A stretch of DNA of 64,000 nt from Tubiluchus corallicola (GCA_030141605.1 JAQGDQ010000709.1:1-64000); one strand, 5' to 3'. Positions 41,601-54,893 are shown, numbered from the stretch's first letter. Made by a program: numbers and translations. Notes: generated by a model not told the origin, from the sequence alone.

Positions 41601-42672
41601 GCGGGATTATCATTATAATAACCAATTTCACGCAGAAAAAATGAGAATTTTTGTTGCTATAGTAATCGAACATTTGTAACAACTTCAAAGTTTTTATTTA
41701 TTTATTTTGCAATTACAACTAACTAATTTTAGTGAACAGCTATTACGACGCCAATTGGATTCCAAGCACTCGAGTTCAAATACCAAGACCGAACATTTTT
41801 CATCACTTTTTTGTTTTCCCTCGATTTTGTTAAATGGTAAGCTAATCGTAAGTCAAATGGTAAGCTAATCGTAAGTCAAATCGCAAGCTAATTGTAAGTC
41901 AAATCGTAGGTTAAAGTGTCAAGCGTCGCAATTAAATACGTATTTCAAATGAAGAGGTCACCATCTTCACCGAGTAAGTTATACTACAAACCGTGAAGGT
42001 TAAGCAGCATATGCCTTCAACTAGGACGCCTTGCAGGCGTAAAATTTATGCGAAAGAGGTGAGTACATTCACAGGGCATAAATTCAGCAGGCGCGTGTTT
42101 AAAATTCAACCCATCCGACGACTATAAATCATCCAATAAATGCCTGTGAGACTGAGAACACAGATCTACCATACTAGGAATTCACGAAGGCAAAAAATCA
42201 GCGAATTGTACCCATAAATTATGAGCTATTCATAGTGAAACGTATCGCAGGAAAGGTTATGTTACCAGGTCGTGAGGGCAGCGTAAAAATAACACCAATA
42301 ATTTATTATGCGTGATCATAATAACATTGTAATAACTTATATGCGTCATCCCCTGAATTTGCTATGACAATTCATGCTGATTAATGATCCCAAATGAGGG
42401 GTCATAGGAAGTTGTAGAGAGAAAATCTTCTGGTTGTTTTTACATATGCAATGAGAATTTAATATTGCTATGACTTAAATAATGTTGTAATGGGGGCAGC
42501 AGTAAAATAAATGGGAGGAGTTTAACCATGCAATTTAAATACCCTAACCGTAATTCGCTTCAGGAAATAAATTCTAGTATGTGGGGAAATTGCAAAATTG
42601 AGCCCAGAAAATAATTTTAAGATAAATAATATCTTATTTACAGATATATATATATATATATATATATAAACT

Positions 42673-42843
42673 TCAGTAAAGTTTAAGGAATTCCTGTACA
42701 GACTTGGTATAACTAATGATCCTTTGTGCGGCTGCTTAGAGGAAGTTCAAACTCCAGAACATTTGCTGTATAAATCGCCTAACGTAAAGGAGAATAAACA
42801 CGAAGTAAATGTTGCTCAACGGTTTTGTAAATTTTGTAAATAA
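42673..42843 (+). mobile_element. Non-LTR retrotransposon (R1/I-group-like) ORF2 C-terminal zinc-knuckle remnant
   Basis: My translation is SVKFKEFLYRLGITNDPLCGCLEEVQTPEHLLYKSP...*, matching F..YL.R.....P.C.C....QT.EH....CP with the last Cys lost. It is 5'-truncated next to (TA)n, with a possible AATAAA/(ATC)n tail at ~43142-43175. Confidence 0.7.
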
Positions 42844-44977
42844 TGAATTTATTCTGTGTAGCCTTGGTAAATAATATTAGCATTAATGACTATAATGTAA
42901 TTTAACACGAAAACATTACCTAACTTCTGATTTTCTTATATTTTGTGTAGTCAAAGCAGTTAAAATGTAATATAGGATATAAATTTATTCAACGAGCTAC
43001 TTAGAACTTCTGCTAGCTCTATACATTTCGTTGTAAATATATTCATAGTTTCATATATTAATACATATTGCATAAGGTTTAAGGTGTGTAAATCACTTCT
43101 GTCTGCAAATAGAGCCTCATTGTGCTATTTCTATAATACATAATAAAGATTTATCATAATCATCATCATCATTATCGTCATCGACTTGTCTTGTTGCAAA
43201 AATTTTCACGAAATAAGATTGAGATTAGTCAGATCTCACTTGAATTGAAATCATGAAGGCATACAAGTCCCTAGTTCTTATACACCAAACAACTTAACAA
43301 CAAAGTGCAATGGTAAAACCGAACGTATGAAGAATTTCTTAATTAGCTAAGCGTTTTAGCCCCTAATGAAGCAGGGAACGTCTGAAAATACCCAGCCTCT
43401 GTGTGAAAACGTACTACTTACTCAAGGCTAAGACGTTAATGGGTTTTGCTGTTGTGTACGAGGCAGATTTGCGGCTACTCTAAGGTAAAAATAAACCACA
43501 TTCTTAAAAGAAACTGACTCACTTTACACTGAAAACTGTATTAGCCGTTCAGCACTAAGGAATCTATTACTAAATAGAAAGCGATAGCTACACAGAACAT
43601 CGCTAATTGAGTAGTGATTGTAATGCATTGCTTGACAGTAGCAAATATTAGGTTTATTACACACTAGAGCAGTACAATTTGGTAGTTATTTAGCCACGCT
43701 TTTTATTTATTTAACTACCGCCATGACTCTTGAAGTGAAATTATTTCAATATTGAATTGAATTTTTATGATAAAATAAAGTCCTCGCCCTATAAACTACG
43801 AAACTATTGAGCATTTTCATAAAAAAATCCCACTTTTAAAGCAATTTTTGAGTCTTTTGTACAATAAAGGACACCAACTTTTAAATCAATTTGTTGAGTC
43901 TTTTTTTTACAAAAAAGGGACTCCCACTTTTAAATCTATTTGTTGAGTATTTTTTACGATAAAGAACTCCCACTTTTAAATCAATTTATTTAAACAGCCG
44001 TTCATAATAAGTTTCATTGCATTTTTATTATCTCGGTTTCAAAATCCCTGTCAAATACCTCTGCGCTTCAAAAAAATTGTATCGCAAAGCGATTAACAAT
44101 AACTCGAGCTGACAAATAAATTCTAATTCTAATTTTGAAGCGATAAAACAGACAACTTTTTAGAGCTACACGACTGTACGGCGAGCTTGTTATCAGAAAA
44201 AGAAAATCCCGGGGGAAAGTCTAATGATTTATGGCTATCGGTGACAAGCTGAAACTGTTGCAAAGATGTATTGATTACCAAAGATGCACTATGCCGGAGA
44301 AAAAATACCCTAACATCACCATTACTTCAGATAGGAAATTTTATGATCTTTGTAAAGTTAACGGCCTTAAACTGAAGATAAAAAAAATTGATTACAAACT
44401 TAGGCCGCAAACAACAGTAACAAATAAAGCTTGTTTCCCAAAATAAAAATAACTTTATTAATATAGGCCAGTTGTACTAATAAATGCAAAATATCGAGTT
44501 CAAAAAACGGATACATCATATACAGCTTGAATGAAGACACGGCGGAAATCCTATTGATGTTTGTAAAATACTGACTAGGAAAGAAAACATTTTGGTCGAA
44601 AAAATTTTCTTAATCAATAACCTAGTTGTTGATTCAAAAATTAGAGGATGCAGTTTAAAACTTTTCAAAGAGCGGACACGTCTCGACTTTCGTAAATATT
44701 CATTTACTATGAAAGAAGTGAACAAATGGAATGCACCAACTCTAGTAAGGCTTTAAATCTTTTATTGGCGATTACTTTTTGGGAAAATATTGGGCTTCTA
44801 CGAGTATGCTCGCTTAACCCTTAACCATGACAGTATAACAGCATTAATGAATCACAGTCTGATAAAGGATGACGGTCAATTACAGACATAAAGATAACAA
44901 TCTCAGTGACAAAATTAAGCCTAAATTTCGAGTTGCAGGTTCACGTTTCGCAAATAGAAAATTTAATTTAGGCCTAC

Positions 44978-45169
44978 CTCCAACCCAGCTTCATCCTGTG
45001 TGTCATGATTGAATTGGTTTGGCATATAGGTAAGATTATATCCTATTCCTTTGCACATGGGTATCGTAATCTGTTCACATTTCATCTCCCGAACTGACGC
45101 TGTAGGAGTCACTGTCATCAACATCAACACCACAAAACCACCGCCGAAGAAAACCGCCAAATTCATCAT
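44978..45169 (-). CDS. fzd5/8: Frizzled-5/8 coding exon 1 (signal peptide and start of CRD)
   Basis: MMNLAVFFGGGFVVLMLMTVTPTAS (hydrophobic signal peptide), then CEQITIPMCKGIGYNLTYMPNQFNHDTQDEAGLE|GTAGGC donor, phase 0. Confidence 0.96.
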
Positions 45170-45199
45170 GTCGAATAGTACGTTGTTTAGACGTAAGTT

Positions 45200-45800
45200 A
45201 AACGACACCGACACAAAAAATTCACAGACGCTTAGGCCTACATGTTGCAAGCAGTGGCGAACTCAGGCCTAAGCCTACACAGGATGTTCGTCCGATATGG
45301 CAATACGATATAGAATACAAACAAAATTTTTCAGCACGCGCAGCACACAACCAATAACTCCGAGCAAACTTTGACAAGTGTGTTGGGTTGGAGTAACGCT
45401 TCACGTCTTATGGCTAGCAGCAATACAGATTTGTTAACAGCTATCGCTAATGAGGCTCTGTACGCGAGGTGTCAAACTGATCTGTCAGTCAACTGTCAGC
45501 CCCGGCTACTGTTGATGCGTGACGTCATACATCAAGTCCCTGCGCAGGCCACGCCCTCTGCGCGTGGAGAGCTTAGCGAAGCCTAGCTGAGAAGTTTACC
45601 TGATTTACGACCCAGTATAGTGTACTGCATGGTAGCTTGAAGTTAAAGTAAAAGAGGACGATTTTTGAAGCCATATATCATTTTGACTATTTGACCTGCA
45701 CGAGTGGTCTCAAATATACATTTTATTACCCATAACAATTAACGCAGTTGACAAATTTTTCTAATGATTGAGTATTACGTAGCAAGCGATGACGTCATTG
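45200..45800 (-). promoter_or_regulatory. Probable Fz5/8 5' UTR and promoter
   Basis: CpG-richer unique sequence just upstream of the ATG. CCAAT at ~45351, three TGTCA at 45470-45498, TGACGTCA at 45520-45527 and 45790-45797, and a GC-box-like CCACGCCC at ~45549. The TSS cannot be determined. Confidence 0.55.
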
Positions 45801-46529
45801 CTGGGGTAGATTTTTTTAACGGCAGGAACATTACAAGTCTCAAAGCATTTTGCACGAATTTTTGAAAGGGTACTGAAATACGACGTTGCTGTGTATAATC
45901 AAACACATTAAACTAAGCTCAAAATTCAAGTTTTTCGCTGGATTAACAGCTCGCCTTCATGAGTTTGTACTGACATCACAGCTGATATGTCTTCTGCAAC
46001 TCAGGTACACCGCTCATTATACACGAAATAGATTTCCGAAAAACAGGCACTATCACCCATCTAACTCTGTATAGCTGAGAGGCTGCAACAAAAACTAAAG
46101 AAATTACATAGGTTCTTGCGGTAACAACTTTAATTTTTTAATGTAAATCGCGTTATTGTCCATTATCTTAAAAAGAATATTTTCACTTTACATACTTTAC
46201 ACATTGGAGAAAAGTTATTTTGGTTAATATCTGGTGGTGGTCTACAAATTGATATGTTGAAGAATTGGCCATAAACGGAACTAAAAGTTTTCTAATGGGT
46301 CGGGATTTAAGGTGACATTTTCGGAGTTTGTCGCGGCAAAGTTACTAGACTCGATACTTTCACGTTTTGGTCACGGATGACTAAACAGAACTGCCGACAA
46401 AAAACCTGAAAGCTGGCCGCCAACTTGTGTTCTTTGAAACACAATGTATAATTGTTCTTTGAAAATGACGCTGTCACCGCCTGTTTCACTGCGTGTAGTG
46501 TGTAACCTTATAAGCTTTAACTTAAGACG

Positions 46530-46684
46530 AGGGAGAGAGAAGGGGAGAACCACGAAAGAGAGGAAGAAAGAGGCGAAAGACAGAGAGAGAGAGAGAGTAT
46601 ATTAAGTGAGAAGGGGAGAAAGAAAGAGCGATAGAGGGAGGGAGAGAAAACTTCAGAGAGGACAGAAAGGGGGAAGGAGAAAAA

Positions 46685-46715
<31 letters not shown>

Positions 46716-46985
46716 TGTGTGTGTGTGGAAAATAGAGAAAGAGGAAAAAAGGTGGAGAGAAAGACGAAAGAGAGAAAGGAAAAGGCGAGAGAGAGGGGGT
46801 ATATTGTGTGAGAAGGGGAGAAAGAAAGAGCGATAGAGGGAGGCGGAGAAAACCTCGGAGAGGACAAGACTGGGAAGAGAAAGGAGAGAGAAAAAAGGGG
46901 AGAGCAGAAAGACGGAAATGAGAAAAAAAGAGAGAGAAAGGGAAAGCGAGATAGAGAGAGACTGGATGAGAGAAATGGAGAGAAA
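46530..46985. repeat. Purine-rich block with internal ~65-bp duplication
   Basis: GTATATT..GTGAGAAGGGGAGAAAGAAAGAGCGATAGAGGGAGG occurs twice. Confidence 0.9.
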
Positions 46986-47618
46986 GATTGTGATATAGTG
47001 TCTTGTCTTGATGTTTTGTTGCAGATAGTTTAGCTTGCAAATTTGCATAGAACAGTGTTCATTAAACATCACCGATTGTTTATCTTTAATGCTTATATTA
47101 CGTCAGCAAATGCTTTTAAAGAAAAATACATAGAATTTCACTACTGCCATTACTGATTATAGGTGTAGAACATAAGAGCTGATTGTTTAACAGGTTCGCG
47201 TGTGCCCATTTTCTTGGTCAAACTGCGACAGCTGCGCTCAATTATTCTCTATTAACAATCCAATCCTTCAATAATTAGCGGACGCTTTGATGTCTGAGTG
47301 GACAGAGTAACTACATGTCTGTTCACAATAACATTAGCTAAATTGTAAGGTCATTCATAGAAGTGTAGCAGAAATGTTCAAGTTACTGGCATTTTTAAAG
47401 CAATACTCAGCTCCATCGTTAATGTTTATCATCGCTAGATGTCATGGGAGATCAGCATTTGCTCTAGTGGAAGGCTCTGGCATTCGAAACTGAAAATTTG
47501 TACTATTATACCAATTCCGTTACTGCAGTATACGGTTTAGCGTTCTCGCAGGGATGTGTGCTGAGGAGCAGTATTCTGACAAACACTTTTTTGACTTCAC
47601 TCAAGATAATTTAGACGA

Positions 47619-47621
<3 letters not shown>

Positions 47622-47677
<56 letters not shown>

Positions 47678-47864
47678 GCGAGCGAGAAGAAAGAGAGAGA
47701 GAGAGATGATGTACGGGGTGGAAAAGGGAGCGGGGGCGTGAGAGAGAACATGAGAGAAAGCAAGACCAGGAGGAGAAAGGAGAGAGATGGGGTGGAAAAG
47801 GGAGAGGGGCGTGAGAGAGAACATCAGAGAAAGCAAGACCATAAGGAGAAAGGAGACAGAAACG

Positions 47865-47911
<47 letters not shown>

Positions 47912-47993
47912 TGTATGGGGTGAAAAAGAGAGAGGGGGCGTGAGAGAGAACATCAGAGAAAGCAAGACCATAAGGAGAAAGGAGAGAGAAACA

Positions 47994-48032
<39 letters not shown>

Positions 48033-48175
48033 TGTATGGGGTGGAAAAGAGAGAGGAGACGTGAGAAAGAACATCAGAGAAAGCAAGACCATAATGAGAA
48101 AGGAGAGAGAAAGAGGGAGAGAGAGAGAGAGAGAGAGAGGGGAGGGAAAGACAAAAATAGGGAGAGAAAGAGAGT
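47622..48175. repeat. (GA)n-containing composite tandem repeat, ~4 units
   Basis: GGGGTG.AAAAG...CGTGAGA.AGAACAT..GAGAAAGCAAGACCA is repeated four times. Confidence 0.92.
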
Positions 48176-49019
48176 GAGCAAATACAGTGCCATTCAGTTT
48201 CAGTTGAGAATACATTTCTCCAATGTGCACATTCTCACAAACATGTTTTTATCTGGCTGAACAGAGCTTCAAGTAAAGTTAGAGGGTTCCGTATTGCGCA
48301 AATACAATGCCACTCCAACTGCCGAAGAGGGAAAAATTATAGCTCCTTATCACATATCCTTTGTACGGTTCCACCTTTAGGCAGCTGTGGGCTATTGATT
48401 ACCCAACCAGAGAACCTGAAATTAGTATAATGAAATTAAAATAATTAAATTTTCTCATTAAATACATTTTTGAAATTTAAAATTCTTAGTTTCATTTTTA
48501 AACAAATGTTAATTGCAGCCATGAACACTGTTTTTCCAAATCTGTGGCTACGTCGCGAAAAAGAAATTGATGTGAATGAAGGGGAATGGCGGGGAATTTT
48601 AAAGCATTTCTAGAAACTTTCTGTACGAAGTTATAGTACTTAGCATTACGTTTACCTGTTTCAAAGACATAACATGTAATTGAAAAAGAAAATATGGTGC
48701 CATCTGCTGAGAAGAAAAATAACAAAAATAAACAATAAGATTGAAAATACCCTTTAAAACTTCTGCATTTGCATAGCAGGCTGTGGTCACAGTGGCGTAG
48801 CTATTAGGGGAGCAACAGGATGTGCTTGCTATCCCTAACTTTAGAACCTGGCTACGCCCGCTGGGTGTTTCTGCTGTCTGCCATGGTTCGCTAATATTAA
48901 CTGAGAAAAATTGAGCACACTGAAGTCGAAATTATTAAAGTAAGTTGGGGTCAGACCGGGCCCCAGTATGTAACGTCTTATAACTTGTCATAAATTTGCA
49001 ACGTATGCACGGAATAAGT

Positions 49020-49073
<54 letters not shown>

Positions 49074-49381
49074 GTAATAATAATAATAACAATAATAATA
49101 ATAATAATAATAATAGTAATAATAATTTTTATTTAAAGTCGGGTTTTGGGTCAACAATTAACATTAGCTCAAAGAGCTATTATCGCCGACTGTAAATAAC
49201 AACCTACAACTACATAACAGAGACTATTATTACCCCACTTTTACCCTAAATGCCACGACGCGTCAGGCAGGGCAACAGCAGGTACCATTTTTAAAGTCTT
49301 TGGTATGACCCGGCCGCTGGTTCGAACTCACGACCTCCCAGACGGAAAGCAGACGCATTACCACTAGACTAAACCGTCTGG
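49020..49381 (-). mobile_element. tRNA-derived SINE with MetaSINE-like central domain and (ATT)n tail
   Basis: Minus strand: TAGTCTAGTGGTAATGCG (A box)...GAGTTCGAACC (B box), then GGCCGGGTCATACCAAAGACTTTAAAAATGGTACCTGCTG, recalled as the Meta core domain. Trinucleotide tail at 49020-49125. Confidence 0.85.
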
Positions 49382-50192
49382 TAAAATTCTTTTGAACAGA
49401 GTAACAAATTCCTAAAGCTACAGCACTGTACTGCCTCGAATTCCCATTTTATGTATAAACTATGTGAGGTCCGATTCCACCCCTCTCAGCAGGATTAGGG
49501 TTAAACTAAAAAGAAGCATTATAAACCAGTACTCTTTATTATTCCCTGTAACAGCTGTTTATTTTTAATATTGTTGTTTATCAAAAGTCTGGTGACCATT
49601 GACCATAGTACGGCCTGTTCCGGACAAACAGCTAAAATCAAATTCTAATTTCAACCAACTCCGCCCAGATCTCATCATAAAAATACCAGGCGTTAATGGC
49701 CGGACAATGGCAGGCCTGGTCAAGCTGAATACCTCACCGGGGTGCCCATGCCCATTTACACCAGGCGTACTGTCCGTGAAAGGACCGGGTATTGTTAACA
49801 AAACTGTACTGAGCAGAATCTATTGTCACTCAGTCAGCCATGATGGTAAATCCGCGAAAATCGTCTCACTAGACGTAAATGAGGGGTAATGTAGATTGGA
49901 AGTGGATGCAGAGGGGAGAATGAGGCGTGCTGGGGGTGTTGATTCCGGCTGAGTACTAGGGAGTCGAGAGACTTTGAGCTGTGAAAGTGTTGCTACAAAA
50001 TATTACGTAATGCTGGAAGACATTTTCTGTCACGGCAGAAGCAGTATGGACTCAAATAACCTGGGCAAAAGCAGCAAAAATTAATTCAAGAAGTTCTTTG
50101 TGCAGTTTGGGTCTGTTGACTAGTTAACTGTCTTGAAAATAACATTGGCTAACTAAATAACAGGGTTTTCGTAATATTTATTCGTTTTCCAA

Positions 50193-50811
50193 TTAAAGGA
50201 AAACACGCCGATTTTTCATATCAGATCCTACTTTGAAAGTACGGTATAAATATACGTTTTAACACCTATAACAATGTTAAAACGCTTTGGATAATTAAAT
50301 ATTAGGTTAAAAATGACTTAGCGGCCGGCGAGCCTAAGTAGTAATGACATCACAACCGAGATAACTTCCAACAGCACAAGCATTCCACGAGCGTGTTGCA
50401 CACGTTTGCGGAAGCGGAAATTGACACTAGAGTGCTCTTGTACGATATGCAAAAACTCGGCAAATTTTAATTTAAAAATTGAAATTTGAGATTTACCTCT
50501 GTGACGTACGAGCTTTCGAACGTGAGTACTACGTCACAAACGAATACTTCTGAACTGAGAAGCACAGCACCACCTGTTTATTGTTCAACGCGTTTCCGAG
50601 ATGCAGGCGCTGGCGTCCCCCCCCCCCCTAACTTGCGAATAGCGAAATGCACGTGACAATGAAAACTAACCGCGCGAACACAAAATTTCGTTTGTGAGGA
50701 AATAATTCTTTCACGTACGTCATTCTTGAAAAAATAGTATTTCCCTTTTCAATATTTTGTAGGGCAAATTGATTTGAGTATAGTTTAAAATGGGGTACGT
50801 GTTTCCATTAA
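50193..50811 (+). mobile_element. Kolobok-like element copy (full length)
   Basis: TTAA|AGGAAAACACG ... CGTGTTTCCA|TTAA, homologous to the 15.6 kb copy. Confidence 0.8.
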
Positions 50812-51989
50812 AAACACACTTTTTAACTTCCCCGTTTACCAACACTTTCTTGAATCTGCCGACGAGCCAGTCTAAAAATCATTTTAGGATCATAATTTCC
50901 ATTATCATCATCATCATCATATGCCCACCTCTCTGATGTAGACATTGGGCAGGCACAATTCTGAAATCTCCTATATCTCAAGACAAGTAAACGCAGCAGT
51001 AACAAAGCAAAAAACTGGACACCGCTACGTCAGTAGTAGTCACTGCTCATAGTAGGCCACTGGCCTAGGGCTCACGGGTAACTCGGGGGCCAATGAAATT
51101 AATTTGTCGCGCAGCATGCCGGCCCATGTACAAGATGTACATGATATAAAACTAATGCGATTAAAAGTAATGCTGTCTTAGTTAGTTTACTGACTATAGT
51201 TCGACATAATTCGAGGCAAATACATTATAACATTGAGTAACCAGAGGAAAAAATAGTCCAAAAAACGTTACCAAAATGACACATCCAGAACAAGAATGAT
51301 AAAATAAAAGCAAAATGCTATGCAGTTAAGAACACCAATCCTATGCCTATGTATTGCTGTCATAAAAAATTACAATACTATAGATAACAAGTCTCCAAAT
51401 AATCTTTAATCGTATCGTACAAATTTTTGTTGCTCATGACTTTTGCCCATTTTATTTCCTGTAATGATCTGTACGATTTTTGAAAGGCGTCAATCTACAT
51501 TTGATTGTTTGCTTTTTTTGACTATAAACTTATTATATTTAAACATTTGATTATTCATTCTATATATATGACCCTCTTGAAAAAGAGAAGGCGAATCTTT
51601 TGCGACTTCTGACCCTCGACATCTTTGTGACTTTATCAAATGAGGTCCATGCGCTGTTTTTGTCTTCATTCTATTGAAGACGCTAGAATTACAACGATCG
51701 TCTGATAACATGTTCGCGTAAAACCAGCTATATACTATTGCTTAGACAAACGTGTTTAAAAGTGTTGTGTTACAGAAAAAGTCGATTTTTTATAATTACA
51801 CGGTATAACTTAAATGGTACCATTTTCCCAAAAATGTTCTAAAACTATTGTAAATTTCCAATCCTGACTCTTTCAACTTCAAACTGAATTGTTTGTGGTG
51901 TGTTAGAGAAAATTCGATTTTTTTCATATTTACAAAGTAGATGTTAAATATAAGCATTTTCGCATGAATTTTCTAAAACTATTTTAAAT

Positions 51990-52300
<311 letters not shown>

Positions 52301-52454
52301 TTCACTCTTTCAACTCCAAACTTTTGTTTTTAGCGGTAACAAAATCATTTATTTAGGACTTGCAACCCCAGACTGGTCACAATAGTTGACAACATACATC
52401 TGTGATATGCGTTTAGGCTTGCTTTCTAGTGTAAATTTTGGTGTCAGAGTACGT

Positions 52455-52540
52455 GTGAGGCGTGATGGTTAGCGCAACCGCCTGGAAAGCACATGTTCTT
52501 GGGTTCGAATCTCAGTGCAGATGCAACATTTTTTCTTTCA
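52455..52540 (+). mobile_element. tRNA-like SINE head / tRNA pseudogene
   Basis: GGCGTGATGGTTAGCGC (A box) ... GGGTTCGAATCTC (B box) followed by a T-run. No proper acceptor stem. Confidence 0.55.
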
Positions 52541-53179
52541 TTCTAATTTACACGAGTATAGCTTTCGTGAGTTTGCATGATTGCACGAACTAAGTGTCAC
52601 TTTGCGCAACTGTGGCTGCTTCCTCGGCCACAGACAAAGGGCTCAAGTGAAGGGACGGAATTACAGACGTATGTAATCAACCCTAATCCTCGACAAATAG
52701 CTCGTGTAACTGTAACCGTTCAACAAATTTCCACTGAGTAATCCCGCTTTAATTAAACCGTGGAAGAGAAGGGAGTACGCATGCGCTACAAAACGACTGG
52801 GAGCAGTACAACAAGTAAAGGGTTTATGCAGGTTTTGCTTAAATTTTAATGTCCGTAAGCAACATTACTTAATAGAAATGACCTATTATATATACGCAAA
52901 AGTTTCTTCTTTACCAACTGCAAAGGTCAAAAAAAGTTATATTTAATATAGTTTACATGCTTATCGTGGACATTTCTAGATGTAGAACAGCTGCTTTTTC
53001 CCGTTTCTTCCCAATTTCAGGGGAAAAATCCAGTTTTCGAGAATATCAGATTTTTCCCCCAAAACTACAAAGCTCTTTTCATTAGAAAATCAAGAATATC
53101 AAGAGGAATCTGGTATAGGAATCTCGAATCTTCGACTTTTCACTATCCACTGACCTTGAGTGGCTCTTGCGCCTCTTGA

Positions 53180-53309
53180 CCTTGTTTGGAGGAACGACTT
53201 TCAAAAAGAAAAATATGAAAATCATACGTTTTGTCACCTCATCATGTATATCATCATTAATCGTATGATTTTCATATTTTTCTTTTTGAAAGTCTTCCTC
53301 CAGACAAGG
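53180..53309. repeat. Near-perfect inverted repeat (~49-bp arms)
   Basis: CCTTGTTTGGAGGAACGACTTTCAAAAAGAAAAATATGAAAATCATACG / CGTATGATTTTCATATTTTTCTTTTTGAAAGTCTTCCTCCAGACAAGG. Confidence 0.9.
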
Positions 53310-53355
53310 GAAAAACGCACAAATATGAAAATCATACGTTTTGTTACTTCATCAT

Positions 53356-53359
<4 letters not shown>

Positions 53360-53401
<42 letters not shown>

Positions 53402-53556
53402 TATGTATATATTTATATCTACTTTTTCCGCTAACAAATTCATTACTCCCCATCAATTTTTCATTTATTCCGTTTAAACAGCTTATACGCTGCATTGGTA
53501 GAATTCTGAGTTGCGAGTTCGAGCCTCAGGAGAGTCAAACTTTTTTCTCCAGACTA
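53360..53556 (+). mobile_element. Second copy of the microsatellite + tRNA-like dispersed repeat (see 26320)
   Basis: GCTAACAAATTCATTACTCCCCATCAATTTTTCATTTA.TCCGTTTAAACAGCTTATACGCTGCATTGGTAGA is shared with 26.44-26.52 kb. Confidence 0.75.
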
Positions 53557-53859
53557 TGATGAAGTAACAAAAGTAACAAACTACTTTGCATTCTATATAT
53601 ATATATATGTTAAATGGCTGGGGTCAGATTGCAAAGTGGTAATAATCATTTCTTACATACGACGCAGAGAATTTTTTATAAACACAATTTATTTTCCATC
53701 TGCTTTGGTATACAAGACAAAACTGATTAACGTGTCCTAAGAATTAATAAGTACTCTAATACAAATTTGAGACATTTATATTTCCATGTTTAATTCTTTA
53801 ATATTAACTGGGAGAAATTTGAATTATACAGGTTAAATAAAGCACAGAGAATTTAGCAC

Positions 53860-54290
53860 TTAGTAACATCCAGCAGAAGCAATGCTTAGCAAGCCACCAG
53901 GGCCTGTTCTGCATACACTTGTATACTCAGTATGGTTGTCATGGTAGCCAGCTGGAGGGCGACATCACTTTTATTTCTGACGTTTTCATGATAACCCGCT
54001 TGTCATAGCGGTCAGCAGAAACTCTACCTACTCATTATATTGTCATGGTGATCAGCAAGGAACTCTGTTTTCCCAGTTTCTTGTCATGGTGATCAGCAAG
54101 GAACTCGTCCTTCCCTGTCCATTGTCATGGTGATCACTAGGGATGTGTGTCTCCCCAGTCTGTTAGCATGGTGATCAGCGTGGTGAAAATCTGGACTGCT
54201 TTCCTCATTTCTAGTTATCATGGTAACCACTGGGACTTGAACCTGGGACCATCTGCTTTCCAGACAGCTAGCTATTACACCAGAGAGGTA
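53860..54290 (-). mobile_element. Putative composite SINE: tRNA-like head and internal ~41-bp degenerate tandem repeats
   Basis: The minus-strand head ...GGTCCCAGGTTCAAGTCCC (B box) abuts ~7-8 TTGTCATGGTGATCAGC-type units. Confidence 0.5.
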
Positions 54291-54659
54291 GACTCAGAAA
54301 TTTATACAATGAACCACAAGAAGTATATCAGAGTGAAATCGGACTCCATGCTGTATCAAGACATAATACGAACTCAGTCATATGAACATATAAAAATAAT
54401 ATTGAACAAAAAAGTCTCACATTTTTGGACTCACATGGGACTCGAACCCAAAACCTTCTGCTCTTTTGGCAGCAATGCTAACCATTATCATACAAAGTTT
54501 AAAAATCACCGTCACCACCGCCACTACCACCACTAACAACAACAACAGCAATGACATAACCTCTATTATACTAAATAAATAGTCATTTGCCATTCTGTAA
54601 TCAACAAATATTACAAATTATGATCAACAAATATAATTATTGTAGATAGATATGCTAAG

Positions 54660-54893
54660 ATCTAACGGAAATCACTTCCGAAAAAGTAACGCCAGTTTCG
54701 GTTCTTAGTTTTTCAGACGCGTGCAAGTCGTGGGAAATAACAACTTGACAGCTTCCGAAAGCCGGAAGCATGTTTTGGGCTCGCAAAGATCTTGCTTATT
54801 GCCTTGATTCTCGATTATTGAAAATCAAAATAACAGTTGGATTTGAAATTAATTTCATATTTTCAATTTTTTTGGATCTAAATAACTTGTAAG
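54660..54893 (+). promoter_or_regulatory. Probable promoter and non-coding first exon of the BTB gene
   Basis: Cluster of ETS-type CGGAA/TTCCG motifs (54666-54680, 54751-54768) and a candidate donor AAG|GTAAAA at 54893/54894. The downstream coding exon begins with an acceptor. Confidence 0.45.

Noticed and set aside
44963-45250. N-terminal extension of Fz from an upstream TTG
   Set aside because: This is a non-AUG call by the ORF finder. The ATG at 45169 directly precedes a good signal peptide.
52455-52540. Functional tRNA gene
   Set aside because: A and B boxes are present, but the acceptor and anticodon stems do not pair properly, so it is treated as SINE-derived.
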